Part shown: positions 30,779 to 40,046 of the stretch, in pieces
Layout: each line of letters opens with the position of its first letter
Position numbering within the stretch: the first letter of the stretch is position 1
The notes under the pieces: generated by a model
Told to the model about the DNA's origin: nothing
Seen by the model: only the letters and a program-made list of their open reading frames with translations
Databases searched by the model: none
DNA from: a virus
Taxonomy: Duplodnaviria > Caudoviricetes
Strand: one strand, 5' to 3'
DNA length: 64,000 bases
Virus record (IMG/VR): IMGVR_UViG_3300044935_000065
Made by a program: the position numbers and the translations under genes

Positions 30779-31597
30779 TTATCCTCTGTTTAATGAGAGC
30801 CACGCTCTTGCTGCATTACGTGCCGTTTTAAGATCATGGCATCGGATTAAGGAGTTTGCCATAACATCACTCGCTTTTGCCTCTAGAGAGCCAAAAGAAA
30901 TTTCACGTTTTCCTCCAACAATGACGCCAAATAAATAACGTAAGAAATCTTCATGCGAATAATTGGATTCATGTCCAACACATAGCCAATATCCCGAGAA
31001 ATCACTCCACAGATTCAATAGTAACTGATTTCTGAAACCAGCTAGCTCAGGTAGTACATTACGCATCTCACGTAGTTGCTCAATATCGTCAGCGAGTGTC
31101 ATAGAATTTTTAAAGTCGTAGTCGTCTTCTTTTGCATGTTTGATCAAAGATGAAAGATCATAACTCCAAAGTTCTGCTGCGTGACTGCTGAAAACATGTC
31201 CTGGGAATTCTGTAACAATCTCCGGTTCATTTGCATCTGTCTGTAACTTGAATTCTACAGCTTTTAAGATGGCTGCCAATCGAGCGCGGGTTTCCGATCT
31301 ATGCGAGCTTTCGGCAAAATATTCGACTGATCCACACACCTTTCTGCCAACTCGTGCAATCGACACGTTACGAGAGATGGAAACAATCATTTCATCCTCA
31401 GGCATCAAATCTTCAAAAAGAGATTGTACCGCGCTAAGAGAAGAAGTCAGCCGCATAGGTGTGATCCTTGTATGCGAATGAAGCCAGTATGGACATTTTT
31501 CCTCAAGTCCTAGCTCACTCACAATTAGGCTATCAAGTTTATGGTCAGGGCCATGTCCTTCCTCTACATTTTCAATGAGTTCGTTAAGTTTTCTCAT
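30779..31597 (-). CDS. Phage-like hypothetical protein
   Basis: GPDHKLD...TSSLSA motif of phage accessory proteins. Confidence 0.7.
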   Translation of the reverse strand: MRKLNELIENVEEGHGPDHKLDSLIVSELGLEEKCPYWLHSHTRITPMRLTSSLSAVQSLFEDLMPEDEMIVSISRNVSIARVGRKVCGSVEYFAESSHRSETRARLAAILKAVEFKLQTDANEPEIVTEFPGHVFSSHAAELWSYDLSSLIKHAKEDDYDFKNSMTLADDIEQLREMRNVLPELAGFRNQLLLNLWSDFSGYWLCVGHESNYSHEDFLRYLFGVIVGGKREISFGSLEAKASDVMANSLIRCHDLKTARNAARAWLSLNRG

Positions 31598-31665
31598 AAT
31601 CCACCATAAGTATCGTATTGCGCTCGAATGTCAGCGAAAGGTTTGTGCTGAAAGTGATAGCTTAA

Positions 31666-32280
31666 CTAGCTTTGGGATTTTGCTGCTAACTGATTTTCCA
31701 ATTCGGCAATGCGCTTATTTGCAAATTCCAGCTTTGCATCCGAAATTCGTTTACCTTCAACGGCCATCGCTGAAAGGTGCCTGAAACCAGACTGCATTTC
31801 ATCCAAGTCCGTCTGAAGACTGGCGATCACTTTGTCGACCTGCCCCTTTGCATACAAACCTTCGACGTCTGAAACAGGATATCCATTGTGGTGCATTGGC
31901 TCACATCCGTGAACAATTCCTCGTTGCGGCACCTGCTGTATCTGACCTCGAATATTGAGAGGCTCATTATAAACATAGCGATGTGCAACAACTTCAATGT
32001 CATGCTGCAAAAATTCTGACAAGGTACGCTCTTTCATTTCAGTGAAATAGCGTACTGGGAACGTGTTTTCATCTCGGGCGCGCATAAAATCTGCACCAAT
32101 GTTACATCTGCGGCCAATATCGTCGATACAGATAGCCTTGAGTGGGCGGCCACGATTATCCGTGATGCTCGTCAACGCCTGTTCTGCAAATGATACCCAT
32201 TGATCAAAGTTGTCAAACTGACCAAGAATAATGGGTTCTAGATGCGTTGCTGAAGTCTGTTTGTTCCAAGGTCTGCTCAT
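31666..32280 (-). CDS. Phage-like hypothetical protein
   Basis: F.NF.QWV..A...AICIDD.GRRC.IGADFMRARDE..FPVRYF motif. Confidence 0.7.
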   Translation of the reverse strand: MSRPWNKQTSATHLEPIILGQFDNFDQWVSFAEQALTSITDNRGRPLKAICIDDIGRRCNIGADFMRARDENTFPVRYFTEMKERTLSEFLQHDIEVVAHRYVYNEPLNIRGQIQQVPQRGIVHGCEPMHHNGYPVSDVEGLYAKGQVDKVIASLQTDLDEMQSGFRHLSAMAVEGKRISDAKLEFANKRIAELENQLAAKSQS

Positions 32281-32608
32281 GTATGTTGCATTTCTTTTTT
32301 GTTTCGCTTCGGAGTGAACGAATTCGGGATGTTATCAATGATACTTTTTTTATGCCAATTGATCCATAAATTTCTTCCATATCATCAAAATATGAATCCA
32401 TGGCACGTTTATGAACCTTTTCTTTTGCATAAAAACGGGCTTTGCGAGTATCTTCAGGGAACGGATTATTCAAATATTTGTAAGCGGCTTCTCTTGCCTG
32501 TATTCGATCAGCATAATATTGAGCATTTTTACCCATCAACTCGTACCTTTTTTGTGTGTAAATAAACATTTTTTGAATTTTATATCGACAAAAATAGCAA
32601 TCGAGCAC
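32213..32608 (-). CDS. Hypothetical protein (start probably MGKNAQ at 32536)
   Basis: ORF track. Confidence 0.5.
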   Translation of the reverse strand: MLDCYFCRYKIQKMFIYTQKRYELMGKNAQYYADRIQAREAAYKYLNNPFPEDTRKARFYAKEKVHKRAMDSYFDDMEEIYGSIGIKKVSLITSRIRSLRSETKKKCNIHEQTLEQTDFSNASRTHYSWSV

Positions 32609-32829
32609 AGATCGCGAGATTAAATACGGCCAAAGACGTCCCAGGTTTCACGGCTGAGAAGGTTTTTTGCGAACACCTGAATGTCGACCAATCGTGATGA
32701 GTGAAATATCGAATAGATCGTCATTTTTTATGGGAACCCTTCATTATTAATTTGGCATCGTTCTATCCAAAATGGTTACACAAATATTAGTGATATTGAA
32801 AGTTTAATGTCTATGATATTTTAAATTGT

Positions 32830-32973
32830 GAAATTAGGTTCAGACCCCGATTTTTTGCAATTAAAAATAAGCCTTGAATTTGCTGGGTTTTATTGTACCT
32901 TAAAAAATCGTGGTTTTAACCCAATGTTCTTTGAAATCATTGCCACACCTACATTATCTCCCTTTTCGGGAGA
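32830..32973 (+). promoter_or_regulatory. CRISPR leader (AT-rich, I-F-like)
   Basis: AT-rich ~140 bp directly 5' of repeat 1, containing CAGACCCCGATTTTTT, similar to the GACCC-T-run motif of I-F leaders. Confidence 0.65.
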
Positions 32974-33540
32974 GTTTACCGCCGCACAGGCGGCTCTGAA
33001 TAGCATATCGAGACTGAAATGCCCGGTCGGCATGTTTACCGCCGCACAGGCGGCTCTGAATTATTCGTCGTTGTCATTCAAATCCCAAATTCCGTTTACC
33101 GCCGCACAGGCGGCTCTGAATAGGTGCGCAGTCCCGCACATTGATCAGATATCGTTTACCGCCGCACAGGCGGCTCTGAATTCTACAGCATGCAGAGAAA
33201 TGGAGGGTATTGAGTTTACCGCCGCACAGGCGGCTCTGAATAAAAAAAACGACGACCAGGCAGGACCAGGTAAGTTTACCGCCGCACAGGCGGCTCTGAA
33301 TATCACACCAACGAGATAGGTATCTCTCGTTTCGTTTACCGCCTTCTGGCGGCTCTGAATAGCACTGTCAAATTCATCGACAAACAGGATACGTTTACCG
33401 CCGCACAGGCGGCTCTGAATTTGCAGCGCGTTTGAGACCCTGCAATAGTCACGTTTACCGCCGCATAGGCGGCTCTGAATACTGGGTAGTCGGTTTACGT
33501 ATCATCGTGATAGTTTACCGCCGAACAGGCGGCATAGATA
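32974..33540 (+). CRISPR. CRISPR array: type I-F-like 28-nt repeat GTTTACCGCCGCACAGGCGGCTCTGAAT, 10 repeats, 9 spacers of 32 nt; no cas genes in the window
   Basis: Repeats start at 32974, 33034, 33094, 33154, 33214, 33274, 33334 (27-nt variant), 33393, 33453, 33513 (degenerate terminal); CCGCC/GGCGG stem. Confidence 0.98.
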
Positions 33541-33654
33541 CAAATTGCAAATCTTGCCTTAATATCAAAATTACCAACAGGCGCTTTCTAGGTTGTATTT
33601 CAAGTGGGATCTGTCTATAGACCCGCCCGTATCGCCAATCACTGAGGATTTTGA

Positions 33655-34071
33655 ATGAGTGAATTGAACGATGGGGCTTACAAGCCTACTGACGAGGAGC
33701 CGTTCATGAATGAGCGGCAGCAGGCTTACTTTCGTACAAAACTGATAACGTGGAAAAATGAGATTCTGCGTGAAGCGAGAGACACGTTAGAAATTCTGCA
33801 GGAAAGTAATATCCATCAGCCAGACGTAGCAGATCGTGCATCATCTGAAGCTGACAGGGCAATCGAACTGCGTGCACGTGACAGGCAAAGAAAACTGATT
33901 GCCAAAATTGATGATGCACTTGCGCGCATTGAAGATGGAACATACGGATTCTGCGAAGAAACTGGCGATCCAATCAGTGTAAGAAGACTGGATGCGCGTC
34001 CCATCGCAACGCTTTCCATAGAAGCACAGGAACGCCATGAGCGTCGTGAAAAGGTTTATCGCGACGATTAA
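33655..34071 (+). CDS. dksA: RNA polymerase-binding transcription factor DksA, alphaproteobacterial single-Cys type
   Basis: PFMNERQ..YFR, PD.ADRASSE coiled-coil tip, YGFCEETG.PI..RRL.ARPIATLSIEAQERHER. Confidence 0.95.
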   Translation: MSELNDGAYKPTDEEPFMNERQQAYFRTKLITWKNEILREARDTLEILQESNIHQPDVADRASSEADRAIELRARDRQRKLIAKIDDALARIEDGTYGFCEETGDPISVRRLDARPIATLSIEAQERHERREKVYRDD

Positions 34072-34093
34072 TAATGATACGAGATCGATATGA

Positions 34094-34414
34094 TTATGCT
34101 CGCATTCTTGTATCGATCTCTTCATTGCATTTGAGCCATTCCAGTAATGGATATTCCCTTTTTGAAGAATGAAACCCTTTGGAATGCCATTCGCCATTTT
34201 TATGAGTGAAAACGACAAAACGGATGTAAATATTTCTCGGTCCAATTATGAAATCATAATGCTTTCCGTCTGAAAAAGTAGCTTGGCCGCTTAGCTGTTG
34301 TCCGTGTTTTATAAGTCCATCAGTTAGCACAACGTTTGTTACCGTGAGCTTCATCGAATGTCCCCAACCCTTTTGTGGACGGGAACGATACTCGTGAACG
34401 GTAGGTGGTGTCAA
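34094..34414 (-). CDS. Hypothetical protein
   Basis: ORF track; start uncertain. Confidence 0.55.
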   Translation of the reverse strand: MTPPTVHEYRSRPQKGWGHSMKLTVTNVVLTDGLIKHGQQLSGQATFSDGKHYDFIIGPRNIYIRFVVFTHKNGEWHSKGFHSSKREYPLLEWLKCNEEIDTRMRA

Positions 34415-34508
34415 CAGGCTAAAACTTTAGATTGTGGTTGGTGTTTGCTGGTAGTAAGGTTGGGCCTATTTGAGTTTCAAGTAGACCCATACTTTCTAAT
34501 ACGTAGGC

Positions 34509-35636
34509 TCAAATCAATCCAAAACCTGTGCGCGAAAGCACCTCAGCCGTAAAGCTGGCTTTAGATTCATCAAAGCATGCTAGCTGTAGGTGTTTTGCGA
34601 TGAGATACGTATTGATTTCATTCGGTTCTTGATTGAATGCGTCGTCAGTCAATGTGATGAAATATTCGGCATCGTCATTGTGATCAGAGAGTGCCGTTGC
34701 CTTCGCAACGACAACTCCAGCGTCTTCACAATCGTTTGCAGATGCTGCCAAAATGACTTTGATGTCTTCTACTTCGTTGGGCCACTCACCTTCATTGACG
34801 GCATCTTTACGATAGTCATCAAGGATGTCTCGGGCATCCTCGATAGCTTTCAATAGGTTGGTGTGGCTGACTACAATTCCATTTCCTGTAAAATTCGGAT
34901 CATAGACATGATACACCTTGCAGTCATCAATGTTCATTTTTGTTGCTGCATCATGTCCCAGCATCTTTAACGACTGAAAGTGATCCCGCCATTTAACAGC
35001 TCGCTCGTCAGCAATCAGGAACTTTTCCCGATAAGCGTCTGCATCTGGATTGTTATCTTTGAAATAGGCCAAAACTTCGGTTGCCATGCGTTCAAAATGC
35101 TTCTTAGGATAGGCCAGTTTTTTCGCATCGTCCTGGTATTCAGATTGGAATAAGAACTCTGCAAGTTCGGCTACCAGGTCGTTCTCGACGAATAGTGCCT
35201 CGAATGGTTCTGGCTGCATCAGATTTTCATCGCCGTTTTCCAGTGCATCAATCAAATCTTCCATTGCCTGTCGATATGAGGTCGCAGGTTCTGCATCTTC
35301 GGCGTAATCTTTACAGAGCGCGACAAAGCGGGATTTTAGATCGGATTTGGCTTCCGCGACCTTGGCGGCAATAGCCACATCGATGTCAGAAGTCAGGTTC
35401 TTAATCCTTGTCCATGCCTCAACTTCGAAGTCGATTTCGCTGTCGCTTGGAGTTCCTTTTTGCGCGATCACGGATTCATTTAGATCATGCAATCGGCTCC
35501 ACTCCTTGATAGATTTGAGCAGTTCTAGACCAGGCAGTCTCTCATCACAAGAATTGGAATCGATGCGCTTCCCGTAGTCGTACTGCGCTGCTGCCTTGGC
35601 TTCAGTTTCATCGGTGTTAGGTTCGAGTTCTTTCAT
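34509..35636 (-). CDS. Acidic hypothetical protein
   Basis: 375-aa ORF, operonic. Confidence 0.75.
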   Translation of the reverse strand: MKELEPNTDETEAKAAAQYDYGKRIDSNSCDERLPGLELLKSIKEWSRLHDLNESVIAQKGTPSDSEIDFEVEAWTRIKNLTSDIDVAIAAKVAEAKSDLKSRFVALCKDYAEDAEPATSYRQAMEDLIDALENGDENLMQPEPFEALFVENDLVAELAEFLFQSEYQDDAKKLAYPKKHFERMATEVLAYFKDNNPDADAYREKFLIADERAVKWRDHFQSLKMLGHDAATKMNIDDCKVYHVYDPNFTGNGIVVSHTNLLKAIEDARDILDDYRKDAVNEGEWPNEVEDIKVILAASANDCEDAGVVVAKATALSDHNDDAEYFITLTDDAFNQEPNEINTYLIAKHLQLACFDESKASFTAEVLSRTGFGLI

Positions 35637-35637
35637 A

Positions 35638-36030
35638 TTATTTAAACCCCGTCGTTAAAGTTTCTGTTTGATCTGACGGGTGTAGCGCTCGGCACATTTC
35701 ATCTGCGGTTTTAGCATCAATGCGATGCTCGTAAAGCGCGTCGATGATTTCATTCAGAGGCCGAATTTTATTTAAGAATTCTTCTTGATCATCGTTAAGT
35801 GGTTCAAGAAATTCAAGCGCATACAAACGCGTCTTTAGACGAGAGATTTCAGCATTTTTATCTGCGAGCGCAGCATCGACATCTTCAGCCCTTAAATAGC
35901 CTTCCAGGTGAGCTTCAACTACTTTATTGACCGCGTTGAGGATTTTGCCACCAGGACCATGTACGCCAGCGTCTTTAAGAGCGGATCGCAATTCTTTTTT
36001 GGCCTTTTCGATTTTATAAGACATAATCAA
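35638..36030 (-). CDS. Hypothetical protein
   Basis: Operonic ORF. Confidence 0.65.
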   Translation of the reverse strand: MIMSYKIEKAKKELRSALKDAGVHGPGGKILNAVNKVVEAHLEGYLRAEDVDAALADKNAEISRLKTRLYALEFLEPLNDDQEEFLNKIRPLNEIIDALYEHRIDAKTADEMCRALHPSDQTETLTTGFK

Positions 36031-36425
36031 TCCTTTTTGTTCCTGAGCAGAGTGCTTTTGCGTTGATAAAGATCGGTGAGAAAATCCGCATCCATGGAAT
36101 CTTCTTCAGAAATAAAACCATGACGGACGGCAATATCGATCACCTTGAAATCGAGCCAGTCGATATCGCCTCCAGAAATTTCGCCAGTCGAAGAATTCAC
36201 TTGAGGTCCGACCTCCATCCAGTACCGAATACGACTGCAGTAACAGTCAATCGCAGTTTTCTTGGAGGGGTTACGCAACAGCATTTCCATGTCGCGATCT
36301 TCATCATATGCGCCTGTCATATCATAAGCAGGCCCGTAGGTCTGCCACAGGTAATCGTGGTCAGCTCGGGCCTGCTCGTACGTAATCTTATCGCGGCGAA
36401 GGCGCGGCATCTTCCGTATCCTCAT
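36027..36425 (-). CDS. Hypothetical protein
   Basis: Operonic ORF; start uncertain. Confidence 0.65.
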   Translation of the reverse strand: MRIRKMPRLRRDKITYEQARADHDYLWQTYGPAYDMTGAYDEDRDMEMLLRNPSKKTAIDCYCSRIRYWMEVGPQVNSSTGEISGGDIDWLDFKVIDIAVRHGFISEEDSMDADFLTDLYQRKSTLLRNKKD

Positions 36426-37089
36426 GCGTCGATTGCTCGATCTGTTGCAGAATTTGGTCCCTAACCTTTTCATAATCATGGCTCGTTACAACACCATCAT
36501 TGTCGTATAGGTTATAGACGAAATCTCCAGCAATTTTTGCGCCTTCAACCAGACCCTTTTTGCGGCCCGCTTTGAACTTTTCGTCGTCGGATTGAGCTGG
36601 TAGTCGTGTAATGAAATACGAATTTGCCACAGTCTCGTAAATCGTTTGAGCGGCATCCATAGCCTCTTCGATAGTTTCATAACGCTCATCGTCGTCATCA
36701 TTGATCACGAAGTAATGAGGATCATTGTAATCACGCGGCGTCTTGATGACATCCACCTCCCACCAGCATTCAATGTTATAATCAGTGTGTGTCGTACATT
36801 TCCAAAATTCGTTTTCAAGAACCCACTCCAGTTTGCGGATTTCAACGCCGCTGGTTGCGATATCGGCAGGTTGCTCGGATACTCCGAACGTACATGCTTC
36901 TTCGACCATTTCCTTCAGGGTCTTCGCATCATTACGGGCAGCGAAAGCAACATAGGCAGGATCAAGCCGTGCGATTTCACGGGCGATCTGAGCAAGGTTG
37001 TCTTCCAGACGACCGTTGTCATGTGCAGACTTGAGAACTTTGTAGATGTCCACAGGTGCCAGCATCTTTGATTTCAATGTGTCAGTCAT
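36388..37089 (-). CDS. Phage-like hypothetical protein
   Basis: VEIRKLEW...Y.TIEEA..AAQ..YE motif; ATG at 37089. Confidence 0.7.
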   Translation of the reverse strand: MTDTLKSKMLAPVDIYKVLKSAHDNGRLEDNLAQIAREIARLDPAYVAFAARNDAKTLKEMVEEACTFGVSEQPADIATSGVEIRKLEWVLENEFWKCTTHTDYNIECWWEVDVIKTPRDYNDPHYFVINDDDDERYETIEEAMDAAQTIYETVANSYFITRLPAQSDDEKFKAGRKKGLVEGAKIAGDFVYNLYDNDGVVTSHDYEKVRDQILQQIEQSTHEDTEDAAPSPR

Positions 37090-37090
37090 G

Positions 37091-37642
37091 TTAAGCGCCC
37101 TTCCCTTGTGTTCTGTCTGCAATCTTCCGTAGTTTTTCAGATTTCCGCTTTCGCTTGATCTCGGCCGCACTCAAATGTGCTTCGTGATCCGGCTCTGTCG
37201 GTTTGTAGATGGATTTTTGCCTCCATCTGTAGGGTTCATGGCCCCGATGTGATGAAACAGACAACGAAGCCACGAGCGTTGCCAATGCAGCAGCGTTTAA
37301 ACCACTGTTTCTGCGCCGCTCACGATCATCGCTTTCACGTCGTAACATCGCATTAAAATCGTTGACATTTTTCTCAGTTTCTTCATCGTGATTAATAATG
37401 ATTTGCATCTCGTGAGGATCAACTGAAATTGGTTTGTCGTTATGATGGTCGGATGCATCGCTGTCGTCGAATACAACAACATCACCAATATTCTGACGAG
37501 ACATTGAGCGGTAATTGCAATCAGCACCGGAAACAAAAACGATATCTGAATCTGGAAACATGCCAGGTTCCAATTCACCGTCGAATACAATTCTATTTGT
37601 CATGATGAAACCTTTTCTAGAAATCAAAGCGCATCGAGCCAC
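37091..37642 (-). CDS. Hypothetical protein
   Basis: C-terminal LSAAEIKRKRK motif; likely start at MTNRIV. Confidence 0.65.
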   Translation of the reverse strand: MARCALISRKGFIMTNRIVFDGELEPGMFPDSDIVFVSGADCNYRSMSRQNIGDVVVFDDSDASDHHNDKPISVDPHEMQIIINHDEETEKNVNDFNAMLRRESDDRERRRNSGLNAAALATLVASLSVSSHRGHEPYRWRQKSIYKPTEPDHEAHLSAAEIKRKRKSEKLRKIADRTQGKGA

Positions 37643-38023
37643 ACTTTAATTATTAATTTCCTTTTTGCAGTTCACAAATAAAAAGTCAATAAATAAGACG
37701 CCACCTAGCCGGATGAATACAATTAACTGGATAATAAAATGAAAAGACGGCCTCCAGAAAGCGGGGGTGGGAGGCCGTCTATACGAAGAACGGGGCAGTG
37801 TTCAACGCAGTTCATAAAGAGCATGAATCGATCAAAAATGAAAGAGACAATGTAAATCTGCGTGTAAGGCAATACGATTATTGATCTTTTGGTTATCCGA
37901 CATCTTGCGGTGTATCGACAGTCGACACCAGGATTCGCGCTATCAAACTCATCAATGATGCATCTGATCAAATCAATAGCGGATACATAATGTGGAATTG
38001 CGCTGGACATTAGGCTTTTTGTC

Positions 38024-38488
38024 GTGACTTTATATATGCACACTGGAATAAAAAAGGCAGTAAATGTGACCAATAAATTAGATGACCACGAAGTAATGGA
38101 ATTACTGCGATCAGAATCGCCATTAAATAAAGCCCGCGCAAAATTTTCACATGCGAGCGCTCGCATTGAACAAGCTGGCCAGCAGCGGATCGGATTAAAC
38201 CCCATTGAATGGCGTCGTATGGAATTTGAAGCTGTTGGGGAAATTGCAGATGCGCTTGGCGTCCATATTCCATCAAGTGAAGTGGCCACAGCGCCAGATA
38301 TTCGCTTTATTTATAAGAACTGGCGAGGAGAAACACGTGAACGTCATGTTCGCCCGATTGGATATGATTATGGCTCCAATGAATGGCATCCGGAACCACA
38401 GTGGTTTTTGGTAGGTATCGATACAGAGACAGGAGAAAAGCGAAATTTCGCATTGAAGGATATTCAAAATTCCTGTAAGGAAAAATAA
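38024..38488 (+). CDS. WYL-domain protein without an obvious HTH
   Basis: IRFIYKNWRGETRERHVRP...WHPEPQWFLVGID.E.GEKRNFAL..I. Confidence 0.8.
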   Translation: MTLYMHTGIKKAVNVTNKLDDHEVMELLRSESPLNKARAKFSHASARIEQAGQQRIGLNPIEWRRMEFEAVGEIADALGVHIPSSEVATAPDIRFIYKNWRGETRERHVRPIGYDYGSNEWHPEPQWFLVGIDTETGEKRNFALKDIQNSCKEK

Positions 38489-38562
38489 TATTTAAACATA
38501 AATCGTAGTTGAAAATTTAAATAGCTCAACCATAGTTATTTAAATAAAAGGGGAAGCAACCG

Positions 38563-39231
38563 TTGACCGCTATTAATACTCCGCATATTCTCAAAATCGT
38601 TGGGTGGATTTATAAGGTGTCCGGGGATAGCTTCTGGAAGCTCTGGAATAAACCAGAAAAGCCAACACACATCGTCGATCATGCAACAACACAGGGCATG
38701 AAGATCGAAATCGAGGCCGTGTACGATATTAATGAAGATGTCGCAAAGCGGAATCTCGTTGATTCCGTCGAAGTCGTTCATACACTCCTCGAAGCCAATA
38801 AAGACAAGGAAGATACCGAGGCCATCGAGATCAGCGTTGGACTGTTGCGTCAGGTTGCAACCGTGGCCTCTTGTCGTAAGATTGGTGGCTCCAAAGAAGA
38901 ATTCGAGCGGCTCCAAACGTTGGTAGCTAAGCTTGAAAATGAGTCAATCTCACATCAATCAGAGATGATCGAAGTTTTGAAGGACTGCAGAACATATATT
39001 AAACGATCTGAATTTTACGCTAAGACCCTTCGTGATTATCAACAATTGATTGCGAGCTCTTTGGACAGCGATGATGAGGATGGCGCAGCGCTATATTTGC
39101 CGAGCGGTAATATTGTTCGTGGTGAAGTAGCTGATGTTATGTCTGAGGTGTTTAATAATCTCAAAGAGACTATTAACAAAGCGCTTGTGGATGGGCAGAA
39201 TATTTCTACACGGGGGAACAAAAATGAATGA
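38563..39231 (+). CDS. Hypothetical protein
   Basis: 222-aa ORF. Confidence 0.7.
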   Translation: MTAINTPHILKIVGWIYKVSGDSFWKLWNKPEKPTHIVDHATTQGMKIEIEAVYDINEDVAKRNLVDSVEVVHTLLEANKDKEDTEAIEISVGLLRQVATVASCRKIGGSKEEFERLQTLVAKLENESISHQSEMIEVLKDCRTYIKRSEFYAKTLRDYQQLIASSLDSDDEDGAALYLPSGNIVRGEVADVMSEVFNNLKETINKALVDGQNISTRGNKNE

Positions 39232-39997
39232 AAACACGAAACCTGCAGTGGGTTTGGTTCAAGTTGGTTGGCGATGGAAATCAACTGTTTCAGATGAATG
39301 GAAGACGATCTATTCTATGGAAAAACCTGATCTAGGTTACACGCAAGAGTACGCTGACAAAATCAGATGGGAACCCATATACGGATATGAATGTGATCAG
39401 GAAAATCTAGTTGAAAACGAGTGTGAGGAAGATTTATATCCATTCGATATCTTGTTCGCATCATTGAACATTTTTGAGGCCATTAAGTACAAATCGGATA
39501 ATGAATTCGTGCTTGTTAATATCGGTCACATGAGAAATTTGCTGGAACTTGGGAAGCATGCATCCAGTCATAATGCGATTTCAAACCTCAGTGACTTGAT
39601 ATCAACTCATTCAGATAAATCTGCTCGCGATAACATAGAGATAGCCGTTGGCTTCTACAAGCAGTGTTATAAATCCATTATCCAGTTCGAGAGGGATATC
39701 GATTGGGAAAGTTGGGTTCGTAGCTTGGCAATGGGGATGGAAGATGCAGGCAAAAGCGATGATGCAATCCAGCTAAATCTGCTTGTCGCGCACCTGAAGT
39801 CTGTAGATAAAAAAATTATAAATGCAGCGAAGGCTCTTAAGCCATTTGCGAAAGCTGGGCAATTATTTGGTGTGTCTTTGTCAGAATATGATGAAACAGT
39901 TTACAATCCTGCCGCTGGACATGAATTCTATATTCTAGGAAGCCATCTAAGAAATGCGCGTGCAACTTATGTAAGTATAGAAGGAGTAGATCCATAA
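39134..39997 (+). CDS. Phage-like hypothetical protein (likely start at MNENTK)
   Basis: VGWRWK...WEPIY module like that of the upstream ORF. Confidence 0.7.
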   Translation: MLCLRCLIISKRLLTKRLWMGRIFLHGGTKMNENTKPAVGLVQVGWRWKSTVSDEWKTIYSMEKPDLGYTQEYADKIRWEPIYGYECDQENLVENECEEDLYPFDILFASLNIFEAIKYKSDNEFVLVNIGHMRNLLELGKHASSHNAISNLSDLISTHSDKSARDNIEIAVGFYKQCYKSIIQFERDIDWESWVRSLAMGMEDAGKSDDAIQLNLLVAHLKSVDKKIINAAKALKPFAKAGQLFGVSLSEYDETVYNPAAGHEFYILGSHLRNARATYVSIEGVDP

Positions 39998-40046
39998 AGT
40001 ATTGATATAGTTCATAATTATATGCCTTGGCTGGATTAATTTTTGA

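Noticed and set aside
32828-33319. 163-aa ORF with FTAAQAALN repeats
   Set aside because: Artefact of translating the 60-bp-period CRISPR array
20447-36425. Acidic-Pro C-terminal tails of the ORFs ending at 20447, 26954 and 36388
   Set aside because: These tails overlap the start of the next gene in another frame, so they are not independent evidence for a secretion signal
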